64,000 nt of DNA, from assembly GCA_041690135.1 (NCBI GenBank), contig JAWLHY010000014.1, positions 1 through 64,000 of the forward strand, read 5' to 3'. Numbering within the stretch: the first letter of the stretch is position 1; each line of letters begins with the position of its first letter. The DNA comes from Armatimonadota bacterium (GTDB lineage Bacteria > Armatimonadota > SYMT01). Of the stretch, positions 10,101 through 19,870 are shown piece by piece. The notes beneath the pieces are model-generated. The model did no database searches, was not told the origin of the DNA, and was given only the letters and a program-made list of their open reading frames with translations. The position numbers were made by a program, and so were the translations under genes.

Positions 10101-11873
10101 CAGGACAGCGGGCTCGCGGGGAACACGAGCTACACTTACCGGGTGCGCGCCTTCAATGCAGGCGGGAATTCCGGCTATTCCACCACGGCGAGCGCGCTCA
10201 CCTATCCTGTGGCGCCCTCGGGTCTGGCGGGCCAGGCCCCGTCGGGCACGAGGGTCGAGTTGAGCTGGACCGATGGCAACACGACAAACCCGGCGGAGAT
10301 TGAGGTGGAGCGCGCAGAGGGCGGCAGCGCCACCTTCACACGGATTGCCACGGCCCCGGCGAGATCCGGCGGTTACGCGGACACCTCCGCGCAGGAAAAC
10401 CGGACGTACCAGTACCGGATCCGGGCGGTGAACGCGACCGGACCTTCCGCGTACACCGATCCCGTCACGGTAACCACTCCGCTGGATCCGCCCATGGCGC
10501 CCACCACCCTCACGGGTGCCTACAGCCCGACCTACCGGCGCGTGAACCTGACCTGGACGGACCGCAGCGCCAATGAAGCCGGATTCCAGGTGGAGCGCTC
10601 CTCGGACGGTGGTGCCTCCTGGGCCTTTCTGGTGAGCGTGGGGGCAAACGTAACCCACTATGGGGACACCGCCTGGCAGCCGGACGCCACCCATAGCTAC
10701 CGCGTGCGGGCCTTCAACCGGGCCGGCACTTCCGCCTACTCGAATACGATCGCCCTCTCTATGCCCCCCGCCCCGCCTTCCGGCCTGGCAGCCTCGGCGG
10801 GCGACGCCGGCCAGATCCGGTTGAGCTGGACCGATCACAGCAGTACGGAAGATGCGTTCGTCATCGAGCGGAAAGGTACCGACGGGAGCTGGCAGATGGC
10901 GCGCGTGGTCGCCGCCAACAGCACCCAGGCCACCGATCTGGACCTCGCTTCCGATACGGCGTACACCTACCGGGTGCGTGCTCGCAACGGGGTAGACGTT
11001 TCCGATCCCTCCAACGAAGCTTCTGCCCGGACCCTGCCGGACCCGCCCACGGCTCCGAACGGGCTCACCGTCCGGGCACTCGCGCAGGGAGAGTTGCAGG
11101 TCTCCTGGACGGATCACAGCAGCAATGAGGATGGCTTCCGCGTGGAAGTCTGGAACGGCACCCAGTTCGAGGTCGTGGGAACGGTCGGGGCGAACGTCAC
11201 TACTTACACGCACACGGGACTGGCGGCCAACACCTACTATATCCACCAGGTCCAGGCGTACAACGCCGGCGGGCTCTCCGGGTCGGTACAGACGGTGGGC
11301 GTCTACACCCTGCCCGCGACCCCGGCGAACCTGCAGGCGCAGGTGGTCTCGGCGACGGAGGTAGCGCTCTCCTGGACGGACACCAATCCCAACCCGAGCG
11401 GTCATGAGATCGAACGCTCCACGGATGGGGTATCGTTCAGCCATCGTGCGCAGGTAACCGGCGGGGTGACCACCTTCCACGACACCGGACTGGCGGCGGG
11501 GACGACCTACTACTACCGGGTGCGGGCGGTGAACGGCGCCGGCCCGAGCCCGTACTCCAACGTCGCCAGCGCCGCCACGCCGGTTCCGACGCCGCCGGCC
11601 GCACCGAGCAACCTCACCGGGACGGCGCTCTCGGCCACCCAGGTCCGCCTGACCTGGCGCGACAACAGCGCCAACGAGACGGAGTTCCGCATCGAGCGCT
11701 CCACCAATGGCAAGCGGTTCACGCAGATCGCCACCGTAGGCGCCAACGTGACCCAGTTCACCAGCACCGGCCTGTCCAAGAACACCCGCTACTGGTTCCG
11801 GGTTCGCGCGGCGAACGCGGTCGGCACGTCCGCCTACAGCAACACGGTCCAGATCCGCACTCCCAGGCAGTAA
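7179..11873 (+). CDS. Secreted protein with 7 SBBP beta-propeller repeats and 9 fibronectin type III domains
   Basis: Signal peptide; FEANRGQ...LVIDPVLSYSTYLGG N-terminal domain; 7 GNxYVxGxT repeats; 9 P.AP..L...W.D.S.NE..F FN3 repeats. Confidence 0.93.
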   Translation: MTLRLTSRTAAGCLACGLALAGLTVASSHSFIRSSRTAGLASTSETDSLRRTLARLPLAFEANRGQTDSRVRYLSRGPGYTLFLTGDEAVLRLRKVDASDQAAQAAATVRMRLQGANRKPVVEPEAPLPGRTHYYLGNNPASWRSDVERYARVRYESVYPGVDLVYYGREGELEYDYIVQPGADPGQIRLQIEGAEGAALDAEGNLLLRTPAGVLRQQRPFVYQEIDGAQQQVAGRYLLAEAPPGQEVGISFALGSYDRSRPLVIDPVLSYSTYLGGSGADLGTDIEVDAEGYIYVTGRTASVNFPVANPLQGYGGGTTTSNDGTDTFVSKLTPAGDALVFSTYLGGSGLDLANGLSLDPDRGVYIAGQTSSYNFPTQTGVQPTYGGGTYDAFLTKLDSAGLLVFSTYLGGAAGDIGWTVLHDGQGSVFLGGSTYSLNFPTQNALQATHANTGTNTASLEDAFITKVSRDGAVLQFSTYLGGTGRDSCQGLALDPGGNLCVGGDTTSTNFPVTAGAKQPVHAGRTDAFYTKLTADGAARLYATFFGGNYEDRLYGFGTDGQGNIYLSGFTFSTNLPTTFGAIRTVYQGGNSDGFLAKLNAAGDSYAYVTYLGGSGSIEYAYDVAPDSFGNVYVAGFTDSYNFPLASPYQEYSNSQDIFVMRLDPTGRPLYSTYLGGMHDNAPDFAYAIAADAAGNAYITGRTYARNWPLVNPLQAASGGPSTGDAFVVKLSPLHTTAPDLFQARALSPTEALLSWNDRSDNEIGFSLERSTNAVNYSVLANLPPDTTSYVDPGRNPGSTYWYRLRAFNGEGYTNYASGAVTMPTDPPAAPTNLTVTAVSSSVLRLTWTDNSNNETRFDVYRSSDGGANFAIIQYLGANVTTYDDQNLAPDTVYHYIVYASNTNANTPSNTASGRTLPNPPAAPNGLGATAVSASQINLSWTDASTNEAGFRLEQSSDGTSFGQIAELGANATSYQDSGLAGNTSYTYRVRAFNAGGNSGYSTTASALTYPVAPSGLAGQAPSGTRVELSWTDGNTTNPAEIEVERAEGGSATFTRIATAPARSGGYADTSAQENRTYQYRIRAVNATGPSAYTDPVTVTTPLDPPMAPTTLTGAYSPTYRRVNLTWTDRSANEAGFQVERSSDGGASWAFLVSVGANVTHYGDTAWQPDATHSYRVRAFNRAGTSAYSNTIALSMPPAPPSGLAASAGDAGQIRLSWTDHSSTEDAFVIERKGTDGSWQMARVVAANSTQATDLDLASDTAYTYRVRARNGVDVSDPSNEASARTLPDPPTAPNGLTVRALAQGELQVSWTDHSSNEDGFRVEVWNGTQFEVVGTVGANVTTYTHTGLAANTYYIHQVQAYNAGGLSGSVQTVGVYTLPATPANLQAQVVSATEVALSWTDTNPNPSGHEIERSTDGVSFSHRAQVTGGVTTFHDTGLAAGTTYYYRVRAVNGAGPSPYSNVASAATPVPTPPAAPSNLTGTALSATQVRLTWRDNSANETEFRIERSTNGKRFTQIATVGANVTQFTSTGLSKNTRYWFRVRAANAVGTSAYSNTVQIRTPRQ

Positions 11874-12524
11874 GGCGAAGGGCCGGTCGTGACAGGATCT
11901 CCCCTGCTCGACCGGCCCTGGCCTCGTTTGCGGAAGACAGGTGGAGCGATGAGGAAGGCGGATACGCTTACCGCATCGACTACCGCGTAAGCCCGGAAGG
12001 CCGAAGAGGTGTGGAGATAACGGCACTTTATAGGGTCCGGGAGCAGGTGACCCGCGCGGAAGCCGGTGAAAACGTTCTGGCGCAACTCCAACCCTGGGAT
12101 GAGACACTCACTCACCGGGGGAGTTGGCTGGCCGAGCCGGGCACGCTGTGACAGGTAAGACACCTGCAAGGCTTCGCCGCTGTCTACAAAGAATTAGAAC
12201 TCTTCCACTACCACACGACGGGAAGCGACAGCGGTCTTGCGCGGAGGCGGTACGAGTATCACATGCCGGAGGTGCAGTGGAGTGCCGGAGATGCAGTGGA
12301 GCTGGCTCGCTTGTGGCGGGACATGGAAGGCGCTCTCTGGCTTCCACCGCCCCACTCGCCACTGATTCCCGGTGAGTGGTCCGTGGCTCAGATCATGCTG
12401 TCGAAGCCCGCCTGGATCGAGGCCGGTCACAGCTTTTACATGCTGAAAGACCGGCACATTCACGGATCCTTCCGCGTGATGTGTGTGGAAGGGTAGTAGG
12501 CCCTTGTAGGAACGAGGACACCGG

Positions 12525-13655
12525 ATGAAACGACGAGATCTGTTGACTTCGGGAATGGCGTTGGGGTCGTTGGGCTTGCTGTCGGGTGGCGGTGCCGCGA
12601 AGGCGCAGCCGGCGAACTCCGGCGACTGGGCAAGAGTGATCGAGGACGACCGTTCCATCACCATCGACACCGACAAGCTGCAGGCGGTGATCCCCAAGAA
12701 GAACCCGAAGCAGTGGATGACCGGAATCGAGAAGGGCTCCTTCCTCGACAAGACCACCGGATTCCGCGAGGCGGGTGACGGGCTGATGGTGATCGACTGG
12801 CTGATGGAGGCCGGCAGCGACGCGGCCTGGAGCGACCAGGTCATCGCGCCGGACGGCCATGGCGTCGGCCGCTACGCCTGGTACGAGAACGAGACCGACC
12901 CATCCCAGCGCCAGTACTACCTGATGGCGCACGGCAGCAGCCACCGGAAGCGGGTGGTCGAGGGGCCGCAGCTCTGCCACCGGATGAAGCCGGTCCAGCC
13001 CGAAGTCATCCGGGGGAAGGACTTCGTGGCGGTGAAGACCAGCTACCGGTACGAGTACGCCGCGCCCGGACGGAAACCCGGCTCGAAGTGGACGCAACTC
13101 ATCGTCTTCCCGAAGGGCGAACGGTACTTCGTGCTGATGGACCGCATCGACAGCGCGAACGACTCCGAGGAGATGTTCCTGCGCAACGACACACCGGGGT
13201 GCGTGCGCCACGAACGGGGCGATACCTTCAGCGAGATCTACCTCAGCTACCTCAGCGGTCCGAACGGGATCCGCATCCCTTCCAGCGAGTTCTTCACCCC
13301 GTTCCCGCCCGACCTGAAGTTCAACTACCGCCGCGACACCCACCGGCTGCCGGAACACTTCATCCGCGCCTATCACCTGCGGGATAAGGAAACGGGCAAG
13401 GACGGTCCCTGGCTGGCCGGCCTCACCCTGGCCCCCAAAGTTGTCTACGAGGCCTGGTGCAGCCAGCGCCCCGGCGGCATCATCGTGATGATCGAGGAGA
13501 TCCACGGCAAGCGCGTGCGGGCCGGCGATTCCTTCAGCGCGGTGCACATCGTCGGTTACTTCGACAGCATCGAGGAGATGCACCGCGTCAACGACCGCTA
13601 CCGGGGCCATACCGCACTCGCCGCCAGTCCCTCCGGATGGCGTTTGCTGCGCTAG
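12525..13655 (+). CDS. Tat-exported hypothetical protein
   Basis: GAGGA RBS; MKRRDLL twin-Arg leader; strong GC3 codon bias. Confidence 0.85.
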   Translation: MKRRDLLTSGMALGSLGLLSGGGAAKAQPANSGDWARVIEDDRSITIDTDKLQAVIPKKNPKQWMTGIEKGSFLDKTTGFREAGDGLMVIDWLMEAGSDAAWSDQVIAPDGHGVGRYAWYENETDPSQRQYYLMAHGSSHRKRVVEGPQLCHRMKPVQPEVIRGKDFVAVKTSYRYEYAAPGRKPGSKWTQLIVFPKGERYFVLMDRIDSANDSEEMFLRNDTPGCVRHERGDTFSEIYLSYLSGPNGIRIPSSEFFTPFPPDLKFNYRRDTHRLPEHFIRAYHLRDKETGKDGPWLAGLTLAPKVVYEAWCSQRPGGIIVMIEEIHGKRVRAGDSFSAVHIVGYFDSIEEMHRVNDRYRGHTALAASPSGWRLLR

Positions 13656-13663
13656 CCGGAATT

Positions 13664-13699
13664 CACCCCACCCATTCTGCTATTGCAGGTGGGTGGGGG
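13664..13699. terminator. Hairpin between convergent genes
   Basis: CCCCACCCA..CTGC/GCAG..TGGGTGGGG inverted repeat. Confidence 0.5.
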
Positions 13700-13710
13700 C
13701 TACCCCACGC

Positions 13711-16071
13711 CTATCGCGTCGCTCCTTCCGGCGCGTCATCCACGGTGATGCCGTCGACGAACTTCCGCAGCTCCTCTTCGGCTCCATGGATCCGCTCCCG
13801 GAGAACCGCGATCTCCGTCCGGACCTTTTCGATCCGGGTCTCCTGCTCACTCAGCTTCTTCACGTACTGCTGGTAGAGGGGATTGTTCCGGTCGAGTTGC
13901 GCCATGTTCAGGCGGATCCGCGACTGCTCTCGGTCGATCGTCTGGATCTCTTTCTCCAGGTCCGACTGCCGGGACTGAAGGTTCGCAATCGTCTGTCGAC
14001 GCTCCGCGAGCTGTTTCAGCGCAGCCCGCAACGTCTCCGGTACCTCTCCGTTGCGCGCATAGGCCAGGATCAAGTTCACGTTTGCGTCGACCAGAGCCAC
14101 CGTCTCCACGGCCGGGGCTTCGGTAATCACCTTCAACTCCGCCGTCTTTCCCGCCGGCACCGCTACCCGGAAGCGGTACTCCGCGGGGGTGCGTTCGAAG
14201 GCCTTCTCCGGGCTCACCAGCTTGAAACCAGGCTCGATAGCCTGCTGAACGAGCACAAGCTTCTCCCCGTCCGTCTTATTCCGGAAGGTGTAAGTGCGCA
14301 CGCTCTGATGTTTCCGGGTAACGTGGAGGACGCCGCTCCGGGCCGTGACGGAGAGGGTCTCGAGTCGGCTGGCTTCCGGACGACGCTCCGCCACCAGGTC
14401 GAGGTCCACCGCATAGGAGATCAGCCGCTCTTCTCCCGGACCCAGGTAAGCAATCTGCGCGTCGCCCGCATAGGTTCCGTCCCGGAACACCGTGATCGGT
14501 CCGCCGGCAAGGTGCAGCCCCGAGGTGTTCTTCAACCGGAAACCGTGCAAGGCGTGCTCTTCCTGACCGCTGCCGTCAAAGATGGAGAGGCGCTCGCCTT
14601 CGACCGTTTCGCTGATGATCGGAACCATCGCCGCTTTGCCGCGCGCGAGGGTCACCGGCTGGCGGATGGCGTACTCAAACAACTCGCCCTGGCGCACCCC
14701 CTGGGCCTGACTTGCCAGCCGGAATTGCTCCTGGTCGACGAATTCCGGCGGCGGGCCCTGCGCCTCCGGCGTACTTCCCAGCGCCGTGGGACTTTGCTGG
14801 CGCGTCTTGATCACGTAGACATCCCCCTCCTTCGACGACGTCAGTCCCGGAACGGAAGAGGCGGCCTGCCGGATGATGAGCCGGAGCGCCTGCTGGGGAG
14901 TAACATCCCGGAGCTGCAGGTCGATGGCGAGGTTCGGAATGTTCGGATCGACGGAGTACTGCAGTCCGGTACCGGCGAAGAGCCGGGCCAACGCCAGTCG
15001 CAGCGGGGTGCCTTGCAGGTTGAGGTTAATGCGGCGTTCGGAGGCGGCCTCCGCGCCGGGATAGGCGGAGACCCCCGACACCCCGCCTCCACCGAAGCCA
15101 CCCAGACCGCCGAAGCCGCCTCCCGGCGCTTCAGCCGGAGCAACCGCCGCCTCTCGTTCCAGCACTTCCCCGTATGTCTGGGGTAAAGGTGAGCCGACGA
15201 CCTGTGCCTGGATCACGGGGCGGGGCACGAACAGCGGCTGGTAAAGCTCCTGAATGAAGCTGATCGGGCGACCGGAGACCAGTCCCAGGTGGACCTCCTT
15301 CCAGTCTTCGTCGGTCGTGTTCTCGACCTGCGCCCACCCCTGGAGATACGGTTTCTCGTTTCCGAGGACCAGGCGATAACTGGTCTTCCAGATCGGCATC
15401 TCCTGAAGGTAGGCCGCCCGCACTTCGCGGGGGGCATTTCCGGTGAACCGGAGCTCCACCCGCTTCCGCTGGTCGTCCAGGCCGGTCGCCAGCGCTTCCA
15501 GGCTCTCTCGCAACTCGCGATCGAGGGTCTCGTCCAACAGCCGGATCTGCGTGACCTGCTCCAGAGGGACCGCACGCAGACCCCCTTCGGTCAGTACATT
15601 CAACACCTCCGCCTGGAGCACCCCGGTGTCCTTTACGGGAACGGTCTTCAAACTCACGCTGACGATTCGTCCTTCCACCCCCTCCGCTCCCGTCTCCAGC
15701 CGGACCCGCGCACCCTGGAACCGGCGGAGCAGCACGCCGAGGCTCACCGTCCCGTCGATTCCCCGCCCAATCCCGTACAGGCGCCGCACGTGGGCATCCC
15801 GAGTGGTGTACGTCACGGGACGGACGGAGCCCTGAGGATCGAAAAGGACCAGCGACTTGAGGATGTCGTTGATCTGTTCCGCGCGGAAACTGAGCTCCAC
15901 CGCGGCATTGCCCTGTATCTGGGCGCTGCGTTCGAAGAACCCGACTCCGCTGTTGAACAGGACCACTCGCTTCAGCGGAATGGCTTCATTCGCGTTCTGG
16001 GCCGTCGCAGACCCGGCGAGGGCGATCGCCCCCAGGGCCAGTAGGGAAAGGGGAACCGTTCGTGGCTGCAT
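13711..16071 (-). CDS. DUF4139-family protein with an internal STN-like domain
   Basis: LKRVVLFNSGVGFF, NDILKSL, PIWKTSYRL, GWAQVENTTDEDW, LVSGRPISF motifs; STN-like insert at about 14803-15036; C-terminal coiled coil. Confidence 0.88.
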   Translation of the reverse strand: MQPRTVPLSLLALGAIALAGSATAQNANEAIPLKRVVLFNSGVGFFERSAQIQGNAAVELSFRAEQINDILKSLVLFDPQGSVRPVTYTTRDAHVRRLYGIGRGIDGTVSLGVLLRRFQGARVRLETGAEGVEGRIVSVSLKTVPVKDTGVLQAEVLNVLTEGGLRAVPLEQVTQIRLLDETLDRELRESLEALATGLDDQRKRVELRFTGNAPREVRAAYLQEMPIWKTSYRLVLGNEKPYLQGWAQVENTTDEDWKEVHLGLVSGRPISFIQELYQPLFVPRPVIQAQVVGSPLPQTYGEVLEREAAVAPAEAPGGGFGGLGGFGGGGVSGVSAYPGAEAASERRINLNLQGTPLRLALARLFAGTGLQYSVDPNIPNLAIDLQLRDVTPQQALRLIIRQAASSVPGLTSSKEGDVYVIKTRQQSPTALGSTPEAQGPPPEFVDQEQFRLASQAQGVRQGELFEYAIRQPVTLARGKAAMVPIISETVEGERLSIFDGSGQEEHALHGFRLKNTSGLHLAGGPITVFRDGTYAGDAQIAYLGPGEERLISYAVDLDLVAERRPEASRLETLSVTARSGVLHVTRKHQSVRTYTFRNKTDGEKLVLVQQAIEPGFKLVSPEKAFERTPAEYRFRVAVPAGKTAELKVITEAPAVETVALVDANVNLILAYARNGEVPETLRAALKQLAERRQTIANLQSRQSDLEKEIQTIDREQSRIRLNMAQLDRNNPLYQQYVKKLSEQETRIEKVRTEIAVLRERIHGAEEELRKFVDGITVDDAPEGATR

Positions 16072-16213
16072 GGCACTCGCTCCTCACAGGTCTCCACCCG
16101 GCAGGCAATGAGCCGGATTGTCGCCAGTTAGAAGCGTTGGGGAGCTGAATAGTTGCCCGAACCCCACCGGCGATACGATAAGGAAGCCTGGACATAGACG
16201 CGCGGCCTGACCG

Positions 16214-16762
16214 GTGACGGCGGCCTTGGGTCCCGGCGAAAACGGGAGACACGGTTTGGCGGCGGGAGTGGACAACGGGAGTCCGGCAGGCGGCGCGACG
16301 GTATTGAAGCAGAGCCCGGCCCTTTACTGGCTGTTCTGGGCCGGGCCACCGCTGCTGCTGATGGCGGTCATCTTTGCCTCGGGAGGGGACCGGGGTGCTT
16401 CCGGCGAGACCCAGGGGATGATCGCCTCGCTGTTGGGCCGGCTCGCTCCCTGGCTCCAGGCCCGGCTCTCCGCCTCGGAACTGGAGCTTATCAACGTGGT
16501 GTTCCGGAAGTCGGTCCACTTCGGGGTGTATGGGGTGCTGGCCCTGCTGGACGCGCGGGCGCTCTACGGGGCGCTCGGGGTATTCACCCGGCGGGAGGCC
16601 GGGATCAGCTTCGCCGCGGCGGTCGGCTGGGCCGCCGTGGATGAGTTCCAGCAGTCCTTCTACCCCAGCCGCGGCGGTAGTCCCTATGATGTACTTCTCG
16701 ATGCGACCGGCGCGGTAGCCGGCGTGCTGACCTACCTCTACTGGATCCGGCGGTCCTCATGA
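16214..16762 (+). CDS. VanZ-like membrane protein
   Basis: RKSVHFGVYGVL, DEFQQSFYPSRGGS..DVLLD motifs; start uncertain. Confidence 0.85.
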   Translation: MTAALGPGENGRHGLAAGVDNGSPAGGATVLKQSPALYWLFWAGPPLLLMAVIFASGGDRGASGETQGMIASLLGRLAPWLQARLSASELELINVVFRKSVHFGVYGVLALLDARALYGALGVFTRREAGISFAAAVGWAAVDEFQQSFYPSRGGSPYDVLLDATGAVAGVLTYLYWIRRSS

Positions 16763-17541
16763 AACACCTGATCTCCCGAAGCGTGGCCCCCATGCACCTC
16801 CGGCCGGATGCCTGCACCGAGCAGGTATCCCAGGCTCTCCTGGGAATGCCGGTGGAGGTGCAGGCGCAGGATGGGAACTGGTCGCGGGTGCGCACCCCGG
16901 ACGGGTACGAGGGCTGGGTGGAAGTGGGGAGTTACACCCAGCCGCCCGCTGCCTGGGAGGGGCCCTGGGGCGAGATCGAGGAGCTGTGGGCCAACCTCCG
17001 GCCGGAAGCGGACTACCGTCTGGCGGCACACGTCCACGCCCCCATCGGGGTTCGGCTTCACCTGGTGGAGCGGGACGAGAAATGGACCGGTCTCCGTCTT
17101 CCGGACGGCCGGACCCTCTGGACCGAGTCGCATCGCGTTCGCGTGGTGGACCGCGACCCCCTCCGTCCCGCCTCTCCCCGCGCGCTGGCCCGCACCGCCC
17201 GCCGGTTTCTGGGCGTGCCCTATCTCTGGGGCGGCTGTTCGCCCCTGGGGATCGATTGCTCCGGGTTCGTCCAGCTCGTGATGCGCCTGCACGGCATCGA
17301 GCTACTCCGGGATGCCTACCTCCAGGGCGAGCAGGGGAACCCGGTCGAGCGGCCCGGCGCCGCGGATCTCGTCTTCTTCGGTCCGGCCGACGGGGCGGAC
17401 CGGATCACCCACGTCGGGATGATGCTGGACGAACGCCGGTTCATCCACGCCAAGGGCAGCGAGTGCGTGCGGATCGACGTGCTGGAGACGCACCGCGCCC
17501 ACACCTTCCGCTTCGCGCGGCGTGTGCTTCCACGAGGTTAG
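16759..17541 (+). CDS. SH3 + NlpC/P60 (C40) peptidoglycan peptidase
   Basis: PYLWGG, GIDCSGFV, THVGM catalytic motifs; N-terminal SH3-like domains; ATGA overlap with the upstream gene. Confidence 0.92.
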   Translation: MKHLISRSVAPMHLRPDACTEQVSQALLGMPVEVQAQDGNWSRVRTPDGYEGWVEVGSYTQPPAAWEGPWGEIEELWANLRPEADYRLAAHVHAPIGVRLHLVERDEKWTGLRLPDGRTLWTESHRVRVVDRDPLRPASPRALARTARRFLGVPYLWGGCSPLGIDCSGFVQLVMRLHGIELLRDAYLQGEQGNPVERPGAADLVFFGPADGADRITHVGMMLDERRFIHAKGSECVRIDVLETHRAHTFRFARRVLPRG

Positions 17542-17542
17542 C

Positions 17543-17929
17543 GTGCCGGTCGAGATCGAGGGTTTCACCGGCGAGGAACTGCTGGCGCTGCCGGATGAGG
17601 AGGTGGCCGCGCTGCTCTTCTGCGGAGAGCCGGTGCTCTTCCGGGTCGGGACCGCCGAGGTTCTGGGGGAATTCCGGTGCGACGCGGAGACCCTCACCGT
17701 GGAGCTCGCGCAGATCGAGGGCGGTGGGGAGGGCGTGCTGCTTACCCTCTGGAGTCTCGCCCGGAAATATGCGGCGCAGCGGGGCCTCCGGCGAGTGGAG
17801 TGGATCGTCCACGCCCTGACGTGTCTCCGGCCGAACCCCAGGCTGCGGCCGGTGCTGGAACGCCGGGGCTTCACCATCCAGGAAGTTCCCGGTCGCGGCT
17901 CCGTCTACCGCTATGTCGACGAGCTCTGA
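17543..17929 (+). CDS. Hypothetical protein
   Basis: GTG start immediately after the NlpC stop, with GAGG RBS; good codon usage. Confidence 0.7.
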   Translation: MPVEIEGFTGEELLALPDEEVAALLFCGEPVLFRVGTAEVLGEFRCDAETLTVELAQIEGGGEGVLLTLWSLARKYAAQRGLRRVEWIVHALTCLRPNPRLRPVLERRGFTIQEVPGRGSVYRYVDEL

Positions 17930-18363
17930 GCCGCGTCTCCCCCGGCCAGTTCCTCTTTCAACTCCCGTTCCCGGCGCTGCAGATAACGCGTTACCGGACG
18001 CGTGACCCTTATATAGAGGATCAGCATCAGAACGAACACGCCGACATAGCGCAGGAGCCAGAGCGGCAGCCACCACGGGCTGTCCGCAGGTAACCCGAGC
18101 TCCGTCTCCCTCACCAACTGCAGTAAGGGCCCAAACAGAGCCACCATCAGCCCACCACCCAGGCCCGGCACCAGCATCTGCAGGCCTTCCATCCGGCGCA
18201 GTGCCGTTTGCACTTCGGCTCTATGTCTCTCCCGCCAGGCGTGATCCTCGGCCCGTGCATGCTCCAGGGCCTGTGCCGCGGCCGGTTCGGATGGGTTGGC
18301 TCCCGTAACCGAATGCAGCCCATCCGTGGCGCTCAACTCGATTGGGTCTTGGGAAAGGTGCAT
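17911..18363 (-). CDS. Two-TM hypothetical protein (paralog of 62421 and 62919)
   Basis: LEHARAEDHAWRERH motif, two hydrophobic helices, C-terminal RELKEELA. Confidence 0.7.
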   Translation of the reverse strand: MHLSQDPIELSATDGLHSVTGANPSEPAAAQALEHARAEDHAWRERHRAEVQTALRRMEGLQMLVPGLGGGLMVALFGPLLQLVRETELGLPADSPWWLPLWLLRYVGVFVLMLILYIRVTRPVTRYLQRRERELKEELAGGDAAQSSST

Positions 18364-18467
18364 GGTTCCACGTGCAAAGGGTCTGTGCTTACCATTCCTC
18401 TCCCGGACCGCCGCCACCTGCCCGGAATGGGTAGGATCAACTGGAACGCATACCGGGGGGAAGTGTT

Positions 18468-19334
18468 GTGGAGATCCATCCCGTTCTGGACCTGATCGGC
18501 GGCCCGCTGCTGGGCGCCTTGTTCCTACTGCTGCTCTGGCGGGAGCGGAAGCGGCCCCTGCGGCAGCGGGTCCAGGGGTGGTGGGACCGCCTGCTGATCA
18601 ATGGCGGAATAGCAGCGACCGCGGCCCTGACGGTGCGGTTGACGGTGATTCCGGTCGTGGTGGCCGTGGCACACTGGGCGGAGCGCGCGGATTTCGGCCT
18701 CGTCCGCTGGCTGCCGCTCTCCGAGCCGGTGCAGTGGGGTCTTGCTTTTCTGCTGCTGGATTACACCGTCTACATATGGCACCGGCTGAATCACGTGGTG
18801 CCGTTCCTCTGGCGTTTCCACCACGTGCACCACACCGACCTGGACCTGGACGTGTCGACCGCCTTCCGTTTCCACTTCGGAGAGCTGCTGCTGTCGGTGA
18901 TCTGGCGTTCGGCGCAGGTGGCGTTGATCGGTGTCCCGGTGCTGCTGGCGCTCCTGTTCGAGGTCGTCCTGGAAGGCGCGACCGAGTTCCACCACAGCAA
19001 CTGGCGCCTGCCGGTCATGTGGGAGCGGCGCCTCGCCTGGGTCTTCGTGACGCCCCGGATGCACGGGATCCACCACTCCATCGTGGAGCGGGAGACGAAC
19101 TCGAATTGGTCGGTCATCTTCTCCGCGTGGGACCGCCTCCACCGCACCCTCCGGCTGGATATTCCCCAACACCAGATTGTGATCGGCGTACCGGCCTACC
19201 GCGATCCTCAGGAGCTCGGCTTTCTCAGCCTGCTGCGCATGCCGTTCCGTCGCCAGCGCCCCACCTGGGTACTCCCCTCCGGCGCCCAGCCGGAACGGGA
19301 ACCCGCCGGGGAGACGGACCGCATGGCCGCCTGA
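18468..19334 (+). CDS. Sterol desaturase / fatty acid hydroxylase family protein
   Basis: His boxes HRLNH, HHVHH, FHH, HGIHH; TM helices. Confidence 0.93.
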   Translation: MEIHPVLDLIGGPLLGALFLLLLWRERKRPLRQRVQGWWDRLLINGGIAATAALTVRLTVIPVVVAVAHWAERADFGLVRWLPLSEPVQWGLAFLLLDYTVYIWHRLNHVVPFLWRFHHVHHTDLDLDVSTAFRFHFGELLLSVIWRSAQVALIGVPVLLALLFEVVLEGATEFHHSNWRLPVMWERRLAWVFVTPRMHGIHHSIVERETNSNWSVIFSAWDRLHRTLRLDIPQHQIVIGVPAYRDPQELGFLSLLRMPFRRQRPTWVLPSGAQPEREPAGETDRMAA

Positions 19335-19354
19335 TCTTACCGGCCGGATTAGAT

Positions 19355-19831
19355 CCTCCACGCCCCGGCCTTGAATGGCCGGGCTCTAGTAATGCACGTT
19401 GCCCACCTCGGTGGGCACTCGTTCCGTATTCAAAGTGGCGGCTGGACTTTTGGTTGGGGTGGGGGGGCGTGTGTGCCTGTCAGGATGATTTGTGCGTGGA
19501 ACGTGCCCGCGGCGGCGGGGACGGTGCGGTTCCGGAGCGCGGAGGTTTAGCTCCGCGTGGTTCGGGTGCCGTGCCGGCTCCGCCCCGGCTCCGCCCCGGC
19601 CCTGAACGGCCGGGCTCTGGAACTGCATGCTGCCCACCTCCGTGGGCGCCCGGTGGGTGTTCAGGACGGCGGGTTGGAGATCGGAACATGCGGGAGGGGC
19701 GTGGCCGAGCAACCGGATTATTGCGCAGCACATGGGCGTGCGACGTGCCCGCGGCGGTTTACGCCCCGAGGGGGTGCGGGGACCGTGCGGTTCCGGAGCG
19801 CGGAGGTTGAGCTCCGCGCGATCCGGGTGCC
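19355..19831. repeat. Mosaic of REP-like palindromes (A-B-A'-B')
   Basis: A (CCCGGCCTTGAATGGCCGGG...GCCCACCTCGGTGGGC) at 19355-19420 and 19587-19651; B (GTGCCCGCGGCGG...GCGCGGAGGTTTAGCTCCGCG) at 19501-19570 and 19743-19831. Confidence 0.85.
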
Positions 19832-19870
19832 CGCCGTGCTGTTTCTGATCTCCTGGCAGGCTTCCACCTT

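Noticed and set aside
6972-12107. Very long antisense ORFs (also 1685-4576, 20736-24134, 49973-52534, 53451-55892, 60791-62659)
   Set aside because: Shadow frames of high-GC3 genes; the opposite strand carries recognisable motifs
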